DNA of 63,350 nucleotides, counting the filler, from Pelomyxa schiedti (Eukaryota > Protista > Evosea), in the NCBI GenBank assembly GCA_020536535.1. It is 6 parts of 6 records of this genome, joined end to end, with 100 filler letters (N's around TTAATTAATTAA, not from the genome) between each part and the next. Parts side by side here need not be neighbours in the genome. Positions count along the whole stretch, not along the records: positions 1 to 20,326 come from JAHLWZ010001091.1; positions 20,427 to 37,347 come from JAHLWZ010001135.1; 4 more parts are not named here. One strand, given 5' to 3'. Both the position numbers and the translations under genes were made by a program. The notes beneath the pieces are model-generated. The model ran no database searches. It was not told where the DNA came from and was given only the letters and a program-made list of their open reading frames with translations. Position 1 is the first letter of the stretch, and the number at the start of each line of letters is the position of its first letter. Positions 11,834 to 22,931 of the stretch are shown here, in pieces.

Positions 11834-13282
11834 ATGTCGTCGTCATCATCGTCGACGACGACGACGCGCCGGCACTCGTTCACCGAGGCGCGGTTCGATA
11901 GCCCCACGTGGTGCGACCTATGCAAGGGCTTCGTCATGTCTCCGTTCGGCAAGCAGGGCTACACGTGCTCCCACTGCGGCACCAAGATCCACTCCAAGTG
12001 CCTCCCCTCCGCCCTCGATCTGCCCTGCCCCTCCCACGCCCCTCCTATGCCACAGCCCCCTGAACCCCCTGACCATGGCCATGACCCTACTGGTGGTAGT
12101 GGTGGAGGGGAACCCATCCCGGAACCCCCCTCGCAGTCGCAGGCACACGATTACAGCCACGGTGACGAGGAGGCCGATGCCGAGGGTGCAGCTGACTCCT
12201 CGTCTTCTGCGTCTGATGCTGGTAGTAGCTCGATACTGCAGCAGTCGGCCATTGCGTTGCAGCAACAGAGGAGGTGCACGGCCCAGCAGCAGGCGATATA
12301 CCACCAGCGGCAGGCGGTTCTCGACGGGGGTATAGGCACCTGCGGCCTCTGTGCTTGCAACAACCTCCTGCAGAGGCAGTGCTTCACAAAGCAGAACTTT
12401 GAAACCATTGCTGACTTCCTCATCCCTGACAGTTCTTCTTCTTCTTCTTCCTCATCATCATCATCAACACCTGCAACCGCAACTACTGCCACGGCACCCA
12501 ACTCTGATGATACTCCACAATCACCGGCACAGTCAAAGCTGACTTCCAGTGGTGGAGTGTCTTCGTTGCTGTTATCCAAGTTGTCCTCTTCATCTTCCTC
12601 TTCCACAAGTCAAGGAAAACCAGTAGAGGCAAGGCACAAGTTCGCCCTGGGTCTTGGCTTCTATGATGCAAATGTAGTAATAGCCGCGCTGCAGATGGTT
12701 GGCCTGACCTGCACCTGGCATGATGGCCGCAACCCCGTGAAAGGCCACCACCTTATCTGCAAGAAACCCACCACATCGGAATCACCATCATCCTCTAACT
12801 CTCCTTCTTCTGCACAAGAAGCTTGTGCCACATCAACTCCAACAGTAACCTTTTCACCAACACTCTCCCGCATCAACCTCAGTGCTTCCACTCTCATACA
12901 AGTGCCAGAACCGGTGCCAACTGACACGCTCAGCATCATTGGTGTGATTATCAATGTATCCCAGACTGTGAAGTGGAGGGGCGCGTCGTTTGGTGCCACC
13001 GGCATACCACTGCTTTCATCCATAGGTGTAGGTCTGTCAGTTGCGAGGCACTGGATATCTTGCCGGAGTATAGATGATACATGGTATGTGGCGAGTTTGC
13101 CAGTTTCAGTTTCCTAAGTGATTATTAGGTATGTGTTTGATTCAATGCATAGTACTCCAGACCTTCTTGGTACGTTGGTTGAAGCGGTCATATTTCTCAA
13201 TGAATGTATCAAGGCCGGTGCAACTATAATAAAAGTGTACAAGAGAACGTTAAGTGATGGCAGTGATGATTCGAGAGAGTAA
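11834..13282 (+). CDS. C1 domain + Josephin (MJD family) deubiquitinase
   Basis: C1: HSFTEARFDSPTWCDLC...GYTCSHCGTKIHSKC. Josephin: IYHQRQ...CGLCACNNLLQ, GFYDANVVIAAL, RHWI, YVFDS. One intron at 13084-13128. Confidence 0.85.
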
Positions 13283-13428
13283 AGGAGTTGGAGATTTTGT
13301 AATGAAAGAAAACAGAATTTGCACAATAATAATTCTTTTATATTTCCCTTGTTATACATAAAATGGAAATCTGTTTTTGGGATCAGATGTAGAAAGAGGA
13401 AAAGTAGAAAACCGGTACCTTTGGTTTG

Positions 13429-15639
13429 TTAGAGACCTTGACCCCAGACTCCAATAAGGCTACGGCGGAGCGGATTTGCTGGCCATGTAATACCGGAGCG
13501 TGGGTGATGGGTGGTTGTGGGAAGGTTAATGACCGGTGGGTCGGGAAGCGCTAGAGGTCCGGTGTCAGCCGGGCTTGGGTGTACCGGGGGTGTTAGGCTG
13601 AATTTAGATAACGCGGAGTCGGAGTCATTAAACCGGCCATCAGAAAAGGAACTGATATCGTCTGCAGGAATTGGAGAGCGTTTTGGCGGGAAATTTCCGG
13701 ATTGGCCAGTTTCAGGGGACAAGGCAGGGCTGAGAGGTTGCTGTTGGGAGAATTGCTGTGTGAATTGACGCTGTCTGTAATTACTTGCAATCGATATGAT
13801 TGTATCTGCAAAGGCTAATGCCGCCGAGGTCGAAGAGCGCAGAAACAATTCTGGATCCACCATTTCAACACCAAGCAAAGCAAGGTTACTGTCATCATCC
13901 CGGATCACATCGATACGCATATAGGGCACAATATCATTTGGAGGAGATTGCTCCACGAAGCCGCAAGTACACAAATAAGCACAACCAATAGAGCCGCATG
14001 CGCATTTCCCAATCTGTTTATCATTGAGTATTGACAGGGTAGCCTTTTGAACAGTGACAGCGAAGAAGAGTTCGTCATCAGTAGGAATATGGTGGGAATA
14101 TGAGGCACCATGTTCTCCTTGTGTATTGTACTCACAGGCTTGTACATGACCGTGATGGGAACTATGACTGGTATGATGGGCCAATGCACTTGCAGAGGAG
14201 GAACGTGCAACATGGCGAATACAGTGTGAAAACATGCCATTGAAAAAAATGAAGCAAAGTTCTCCTTGGTCGTAATGAGTAAGGCCCCGGTGAATTACAA
14301 TTTGTCCACTCTCGCAAGCTCTTTGCATCAGTGATACTCGGTGTTGTACATAATCAGAAGAGGTAGACTTAGTAGAATAATTTACAAGATTTTGTCCAGC
14401 TAGTGATACAAAAATGGGAGCACAGTCACCAGTGAGTGGTGCACTTCCCACAGCAGGTTTTACAACAGAACTTGTCCACCCCCGGTCTCTTAGTAGGCCG
14501 TATATATGCAAGGAGTCTGAAGCATGATTTACAGAATAGGAGCTTTGCGAATCCAAGGAAATTTCTGGCATTGGGGGAATTTGCGGCTCCATTTTGTTGT
14601 GGGTGTGAGGGAAGTGTTGATAAGGTTGGTGTGCTACGGATTCTTGTGGAAGGAAGAACATGGGTGCACATGTGATCCCACGCTGAGAGAGATCTTTCAT
14701 ACACTGGAATCTATCAAGTGACCACTCAATTGCTTCCAGGGGATTATAGAGGCATGCAACCTAGAAATATTTTAGTGACAGAAGTTAAGCATGGTGATGT
14801 GAAGGTAAAAATATATATAATGGGGATGCGGTAGGAGGACTCATATTGCACGATAGATGCCAAACAATCTCTCTTTTTGGCAGGCAAAAAAAGGTCATGT
14901 TGTTTGGACCAATAGATAGATGTTCAAGGTGTCAGTGAGGAATTTGGGTCACCTTCGAAACGGAATTTGCCCATTCTTTGAAAGTGCGGAGATGTTTATG
15001 CACATTCCATACGCTCCTCGCAACAACAACGTCAAATGACGACCACACGATGTTGGGATCGTCCCACACAACAATGCTCACCACACTTCTCCCGTCCATT
15101 GTGCCGTAAGCATATCCCGGAGTAGATGAATTCCCCCAAAGGGAAGGCGGCGGCGGATTTGCCGCAAACGCAGTGCCGCTCGCGGAAGCATAATATGGAG
15201 AGGCCGAAGCCGAAGTCGCAGGAGATTTCATAGCCAAGTCAGACTGTTCTGACCCCTTCATGAGAACAGACAAGGCCGAGGTCAAAGTAGGAAGCTGTGG
15301 CCGCGAAATGTGGCCGCCCTGGGACGACACCCCGTCGGGGCGAGGTGATCGAGGAGACCCAATCGTCGACATCGGCGCCGCGGCGGCCGAGAACGAGCGG
15401 CTCCGCGTGGGCGAGGGCGACGACGCGCGGGGCGTCGTGGATTGCAAGGGGGACATGGGCTGCGCCAGGACCGGGGTGGCCAGCGGCGCGAGGTACGGGC
15501 TGGAAAAGGGCGTCGGCGTCGGCGACGGGGTACATGAAGGGTTAGGCGACGTGTGTAGCCGCTGTTGCAAAGCCAAAAGCAGAGAGTAGTTGTCCTGTTG
15601 CGAAACTGCGTCCAAAGACGACACTATTGCGATACGCAT
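13429..15639 (-). CDS. ATP-grasp protein of the bacterial glutathione-synthase/RimK-like (DcsG-like) type, with low-complexity insertions
   Basis: MRIAIV, VWDDPNIVWSSFDVVVARSVWN, NPLEAIEWS, VVKPAVG, GELCFIFFNGMFSHCIR, YMRIDV, EMVDPELF. One intron of ~190 nt near 14760-14950. Confidence 0.75.
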
Positions 15640-16409
15640 AGTGGTATTGATCTGAAATCGTTTTCCAGAAAACAATACAAGTCAGGGACTGAGCTGAATT
15701 CTCACGACCTGCAATCCAGTACTCTGATCACTCCGAGAGGTTGTTTGTAGCTACAGTAGTTCCCTGCAGTGACATTTCGAAGTTTCAAGATTGACGGGTT
15801 GTACGCAGAAAAAGAAAAAAACCCCTTCAGGCGGTACCACCCTCGAGCGGCAACAAACAGCAAAAGAACAATAAGATGGGGTGCTCGTTTGGACAACTTA
15901 TTTGGGCCATCATTTGGTTCTTCTGTTTGCTCATCGTTTGGCCGTTCTCTTTCCTCGCCGCCTGTATGTTTTTTTTCTTTGTATTAACATACTCTCTACT
16001 TATTCAATCTTATTAACATAGTGTTTTCCATCCTTGTTGCTCTGGTTGTTTTTTAACCTTTATCTAGTCCTGTACGTACTCATTTGTCCTTTTGCGGCGT
16101 GTTTGGACTTCTGCGGGTCATTCGAGCACGCGTTGCTCAAAGGTACCAACTGTGAACGCTTCCCCTACCGCAATCCTAACATTTTTTTAAGTCGTGAGGT
16201 TCCCTCTTCTTTGTGCCGAAAACATGGTCAAGGGCAAGGAAGGCTGCTAAAAATCCCTCACTCTTTTCTACACTGTAACACAAGAAAACAACAAAATAAA
16301 AAACCTAACTGTCACCCTCGCTCAAGAGAGTGATAGTTATCTCTTTTTTGTTGTTTTTCTAGTCATTATACATATAGTATTCACAGGGATATACAGTCAC
16401 CACCCGGCA

Positions 16410-17130
<721 letters not shown>

Positions 17131-17271
17131 TTACTGTTTGCTTTCTTTTGTTTTTTGTTGGGTTCTCGACTTCCTTTTGTTTGGCTTTTTTTCCGTCGTG
17201 GGCATGCAACGACGCGGCAACGTGTCTTCCTTCTTTGAAAAAAAACTGTACTCTCAGAACCTATTCAAACG

Positions 17272-17441
17272 GAAGTGGGGCTGACCACACGAGGCGGCAG
17301 TGCAGTGCCTGGGCAATCAGGAGGGCACCCAAGTTGGCGGCGGAGCAAGCCCCACCACCAACCAGGCACCCCCAGCAACCCCACGAAAGCTGAAAAGAAC
17401 AGATACTACACTTGATCTTAGCCAAAAGGCCGAGAAGGTAT
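17272..17441 (-). ncRNA. U2: U2 snRNA, internally shortened variant
   Basis: The minus strand reads ATACCTTCTCGGCCTTTTGGCTAAGATCAAGTGTAGTATCTGTTCTT, the conserved U2 5' end with the branch-point recognition sequence. A stem-loop III-like GGGGCTTGCTCC and a stem-loop IV-like loop CTGCACT follow. The 3' end is approximate. Confidence 0.9.
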
Positions 17442-17492
17442 GAGTTTCTTATGGAAATCCGAAGCGTTAAAAAACGGGGCGCAGACTGCGTC

Positions 17493-17500
17493 TTATGGGA
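17493..17500 (-). promoter_or_regulatory. DUSE-like snRNA upstream element TCCCATAA
   Basis: Lies at -59 to -52 from the U2 start. Matches the Dictyostelium snRNA upstream element consensus WCCCAYAA and its approximate spacing. Confidence 0.65.
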
Positions 17501-17728
17501 CTGAAGATTTGGTTTGATTGACTGATCAGTCGGTGGTGATTGTGTATACGAGCCACGGCATCACCCATTCCCAAACGATCCTGGACAACCAAACAACTCG
17601 TTGCGTGTGTCTGCTTCGTTGTGGTATCATGATCCCGTTAACAGAAATCAAAAGGGCGCCGTTTCGTTTTGATGGCAACATGACCGCGGCCTGCGAGTCA
17701 TCCCGTTGAAATAGAAAAGTAAAGCAAC

Positions 17729-20280
17729 ATGGCAGGGTTGACATCGCACCGACAGTCAAACCAAGTCCACGACCACATCGTCATTGCTCCGTGTGCCTCG
17801 GTCCAATCGACGAAGCACGCCAGCCGCCGTCGCCGACGACCGTGTGCTTCGTCGTTGAGCCGCTGTGTGGGCACACTGTGTGCCGTGCCTGCAGTGATGC
17901 CATAATTACTTTTGAAAGGGACCTCCGCCGAAGGCGTTGTGCCACTACTGCTTCCTCATCCTCGTCGTCGTACCCCTGCTCTACCTCGACATATTCTTCT
18001 TCTTCTTCGTCGGCGCCGGAGGAAACAACGAGAAGGAGGATTTTGTTTTGGTGCCCGGAGTGTTGGAGGCTGACGGACAAATTTGGTGCAACAGAACAAC
18101 ACGGATGCATTTGCACCAGGCAATTCAAAGAGGAGGAAAGTTGGTCCCGCTTCTGCTTCTCCTACGGCCTCGGCTTCTGCTGCGGCGCCTGTTGTGGTCT
18201 CTGGTAACTCTTGTACCATCAATCTATTCCCACTATTTACCGTAACACTTTCGTAAGAACCTCATCAAACAAAAAATAGGTGCGGAACTCTGTGAAAGTC
18301 ACCATCTTCCCCTTGATGTGTTCTGTCAAACAGATGGCACGTTCATCTGCTCGAGGTGTATTGTATTTTCCTCCCACAAGGTAGTTGTTGTACACTTATT
18401 AATCTATTTCTCTGACTTGCAAAAGGGTCACAATGCCATATCACTGGAGGACATGTCTTACAATAGTAGGCCAACCCCAAAGGAGTTTTTAAATCAGCTG
18501 TCAATATTGGAGGGCAGGTTGGATTCTTTGTCGATAGCCATCAAATCAGAGGCAGACAAAGATTAGTAGATCTAAATAAAACCTCAGTTTGAAGAAACTA
18601 TTAAGAAGGGATTCAGTGACCTCATTGCACAATTACAAAGAAGGCTAAATGAATTACTTTCAACCTCAGAGGCAATTGCATCCTCCAAAGGTTTTTTAGG
18701 TGTATTATCGCCTTCATTTTTTTGATTTTCACTAGCTGCTGCATTGTCAAAACAACTGGAAATCATTTCTGCTGCACGAGGTCACATTGACAAGTACAAA
18801 TCGAGGTGCATCACAACATTGGAAAATTGTCGGGGCCAGGAGATAATTGACTTGTGTGAGGCCATTCCTGGAGTACTCAAGGTTATTTCTTTGCCCTCTT
18901 CACCCCCAGTGTTTACATTTACATTTACACACAGCAACTTGAATGCAACCCAGAACACTTGTCACCTTGCACAAATAGGACCTGGACTCGCACAAGTGAT
19001 TTGGAGTCCTTCAAGGAAAACATTCCTCACCTGTGTTTCATTTCATCTGGTGTGTGCCTGATTCTTCCAAGAATTTTTGACAATCCATAGGACCAGTTCT
19101 CGAAAGCATCAAAGAGGAAGCACCACAAACACCTTGGACCAAGCGCGCTGTTATTACACTGTGTGGGCAGTGGCTCCCAACTGCAACCAAGGAAGACATT
19201 TGCGTGCGAGTTTGTGAATCAGTGTGCAAAAACGTGAACATTGTCACTCCTGGCTCTGTTCTCACTTTCACTGTGCCAAACAATGGTGTTGGCCGCGATC
19301 AACCTGTGTCACTCTTTGTGTTTGGAAAACCAGCTGACAGGCCAAATGACACAAGACTCTCATTCCAGGTTTTGTTTTGTTGTGTTATCCTAAATCCACG
19401 CTAAACACACACAGGTCCAGTGATTGAGAATGTATATGTTTTCAGGGTAACCCGAGTTGCAGCAAAGCTCGAGATAAGAGGACGCCGATTTGGCTCCTCA
19501 TCAAAGGAAGTCACTGTTTCAGTCAACGGTGTGTGATAAGCCCTTACGTTGTCTTCAAAATAACCTTACAATAATAATTATAATAACCCTTATAAACTAG
19601 GTGTTATGAGCAGCGACGTTGAAGTTACCTACCCACCCACCGAGATCACGTGCACTGTGGTACCACCACCTAAACAGAAAGAAGCAATGTTGTCTCTTAT
19701 AGTGGCTGGTCAACATACCTCATCAATGGTCTCTTTCCGTGTGTATCATGTTCCTTCTGATTTTTCTTTTTCTCACCCTGAACATGTTCAGCGGCCGCGG
19801 ACCTATGGGAGTGGGGGTGCTGTGGGTACCTTCTTGTGATACCGTCGGACTACAAGTCAACAGTAATCAAGCCGAGGTTTTGCCCACTGCAGCATGCACA
19901 ATCAACAGCGGTAGCCACCACGCAGCTCGTTGGTGACCGCGTGTATGAGTGGCACCTGTCAATCTCTGACCTCGAGGGAGCATGCTCCTGCGTTGCCTAC
20001 GGACTCATTCAGAAGCCGTTCGACCAGACATGTGTCCCCCCACGACTTCATGTACTGCTGGTCAACAGCCAGCCAGTCCTGCAATCTGACCCCAGGCACA
20101 CCTGCATTCAAGGCCACCGGTGGGACAGAGGAGGTGACACTGAGGTATGACGCAGGCAGACTCGCTCTCACTGCGACGTGGCCGCTACACGACAACGCAA
20201 CGGCGACGGTGAACAACATCCCAAGGGGCTTGTATCCCGCTGTCAACATCAACAACCACAACACTGTGAGGATCTCCTGA
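17729..20280 (+). pseudogene. TRIM-like gene (RING, B-box, coiled coil, IPT/TIG, SPRY-like) with several frame disruptions
   Basis: RING CSVC...CGHTVCRAC...CPEC, B-box CESHHLPLDVFCQTDGTFICSRC..HKGH, IPT-like LTFTVP and ITCTVVPP, SPRY-like end LYPAVNI. Frame changes are needed near the start, at ~18090 and at ~20030. Confidence 0.65.
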
Positions 20281-20326
20281 AAAATTAAATCAAAAAGATT
20301 AGTTACCGGAAGATGTTGTGACCACG

Positions 20327-20426
20327 NNNNNNNNNNNNNNNNNNNNNNNNNNNNNNNNNNNNNNNNNNNNTTAATTAATTAANNNNNNNNNNNNNNNNNN
20401 NNNNNNNNNNNNNNNNNNNNNNNNNN
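20327..20426. other. Artificial contig linker (N44-TTAATTAATTAA-N44)
   Basis: Six-frame stop linker flanked by Ns. The same structure occurs at 37348-37447, 58530-58629, 59771-59870 and 62088-62187. Confidence 0.98.
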
Positions 20427-20637
20427 GGAACACACAGAAACCGCAACACAATCCACAGAGACACCTGTGACTGATCCCCAGTACTGATTACATTCTTTTT
20501 ATCTCCAGTCCCTCACTTTTTGGCAGAGAAACTGACAGCAGCCAAATACTAAGAATCAGAAAATACTACCGAAAAGAAAATCTAGGCTCTCAGAGTCCGG
20601 CTCCGACAGCTAATAAACATCCACTCACAAACACAAC

Positions 20638-20708
20638 ACAAACCTCAAAATAAAGTGTCCACAAACAAGGAAAACACTACACAAACCTCAAAATAAAGTG
20701 TTCACAAA
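20638..20708 (+). repeat. Short direct repeat (two copies of ACAAACCTCAAAATAAAGTGT(C/T)CACAAA)
   Basis: Two near-identical ~28-nt units about 43 nt apart. Confidence 0.8.
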
Positions 20709-20831
20709 TGACACAAACAGCACCCATAACATTTTTTGTACAAACGTTCACGACCCATAACTCGGAGTTAAGTGTGAAATTGTCCGGTAGCCCCCAACGA
20801 GATATTCTTCAGGCATTCCTCGGGACTGTAG

Positions 20832-20940
20832 CTGCTACTGATGCTGGTTGCATTGATCCTTTGACTCAAAATATTGCCCAACTCCATTGAATGTCTTTCA
20901 CATACCATAAGAAGCTCAATGCAACCAGCATCAATAGCAG
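20832..20940. repeat. 25-bp inverted repeat with a 59-nt spacer
   Basis: CTGCTACTGATGCTGGTTGCATTGA (20832-20856) is the reverse complement of 20916-20940 with one mismatch. Confidence 0.85.
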
Positions 20941-21489
20941 TGCTATTGTATCCACGTTGTGTGGCATGTTCTCCACAACAGGTTGGTGGGAGCACCTAAT
21001 ACTGTGCCACTTACCATTCCGCCAAAGATGTTGAAATGAAAACAGCATGCTGCTTCGCTATGTAGAATCATTTCGGATCACAAAAAGAGTATCTCATTTT
21101 TTCTGCACTTTCTTAATTACATTAAGCCCAAGGCCCGGACAACTTTATGAAATTTTCGATATTTTGAGCACCAGACAAGACAAGAACCCAAACCCATTCA
21201 TTGCCAAAATTTTTTTTAATAAAAAATACTACTATAGTACTTGGATCACGACGCACTATCGGACATAATGTTGTGAATGGAGGCGAGGTGCTGGTCCCAA
21301 AGACCGGCATCAACAAGTGCGTCGTGGGTGTTATGTACAGACTGGAAATTGAAAAGCTCGGGTGAAACCTTGTGGTAATAGTAAGGCTGGTGCGGAATTA
21401 TTATTTTCTAATATTAATGATTTATTCATGTTCATATTGGATGTAAATGTTCAAATCGTATTTAAATATAGAATCCAATTTATTTAAAT

Positions 21490-22790
21490 TTAATACCAAA
21501 TTAAAAGCGCGGTTTGTACCTGAGAAGTGAATGAACTGTGTCTGATGCTGTTATTGATTGGAGTTGAGCACACTGGGCACACTGCCGAGGAACATCCGCT
21601 GTGTGATTTAAAGCACGTCCAGCACATGCACAAGTGTTTGCAAGGTAAAAGCGTGATGGTGGACTTGTTTGTCTGGCAAATGGTGCACTGCTTGTTTTGG
21701 GCTTTTGTAGATGACATCGACGACGATCGTGATGCAACCGGGCTCAACGCAGTGCTCCCGGCGGCCGTGCCCGCTCTCAAGTTGGATGCCTGAGAATAGA
21801 GTAAGCGTTTGATTATCGGGGATGATGGGGCGCGCATACTTGTTCCACACTGGCACCAATGTGGGTAATCTGGTTGTGCAATGATACAAGTTGGTTGAAC
21901 GTCATGCCTTGCACTGAATTTGCATCACCGCGAAGCAGTCCATTTGCTGAAGACAGGTCTGATTTTCGCCGTTCCAAAAGTTGCATGTAATCAATCTAGG
22001 AATATAAATATGTTGTACACAAACAACACGAGTGAGATGTTACACACAAGAGTATTCAGGAGAATGAGTCGCTCCGAAATGAACGGAGGAAGCCTCGAAA
22101 TAGACAACGGACCTTCCCTGATGACAAACGTGGGCCTTCCGCTTGACTGTATCTGAGTTACGACCAGCAGAAAGTTGTAAACAACAAGGCCGAGAGTCAA
22201 GAAGGGATTGGAGCGGTGATAGTTGCTTCTCCAAGCCAAATAGCAAAGGGCCGAACTTGGATCCAACACGGCAAAAGCCACAGCAAGGTACGATGGAAAT
22301 CGAACAAGCAAGAACCTGAGTTTTTGATTTGGTTGAAGGTTTTTTAAAAGTCAGTTAAATACAAGTACTTGATAAAAAAGACCACACACTCACAAGGCAA
22401 TACGAGGGCTCAAAAGGAATGCACAAATGAATGACCACCCGTGGAGCTCCCAGAATGCCTTGGAATCCTGCTCTGGAACTCAATATGCATATTGAAAGTG
22501 AGTTGCCAGCAACAAGCTGGCAATGAGTACCGCAACGTCGGTAACATCAAAGAAATGTCCGCGGTTGTTAAACCAGTCATCCACACCAACTATTATCAAC
22601 AATACAACAGAATACACCTTCACACACCAGTTAAAAGGAAAAAAAAAAGGAGGAATAAAAGGAGGAATAAAAGAGGAGAGGGGACAAAAAAAGAGACAAG
22701 ACACATACGCAGGGGAATAGTTTTATTGTTGTGTCCCTGGCGCAACACGACACGCTGTACAAAAGGTGATCCCGCCACCCCTGCAATCCC
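21490..22790 (-). pseudogene. Multi-TM protein with coiled coil and C-terminal C3HC4 RING; in-frame TGA and no clear start
   Basis: RING CTICQTNKSTITLLPCKHLCMCWTC...CPVC. Hydrophobic exons at 22050-22620. TGA at 22480-22482 falls inside an otherwise phase-compatible exon. Confidence 0.55.
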
Positions 22791-22931
22791 ACAATTCCCT
22801 CTTCCCGCTCATTCCCTCTTCCGCCATTCATTGCCGCTTGCATCCTTTCTTTTATTTTTCCTGGAATCATCACGGATTAAACCCAATTTGGATTCTGGTG
22901 GTGCCACCTGCTTGTTCAAAACTTTCAAGCG

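Noticed and set aside
17707-17709. TGA in frame upstream of the RING, suggesting stop-codon reassignment
   Set aside because: TGA, TAA and TAG all terminate well-conserved genes here, and this locus has other disruptions.
20371-20382. Recurrent palindrome TTAATTAATTAA (five copies in the window)
   Set aside because: Always centred in N-runs. It is an artificial six-frame-stop linker, so gene adjacency across these points is meaningless.
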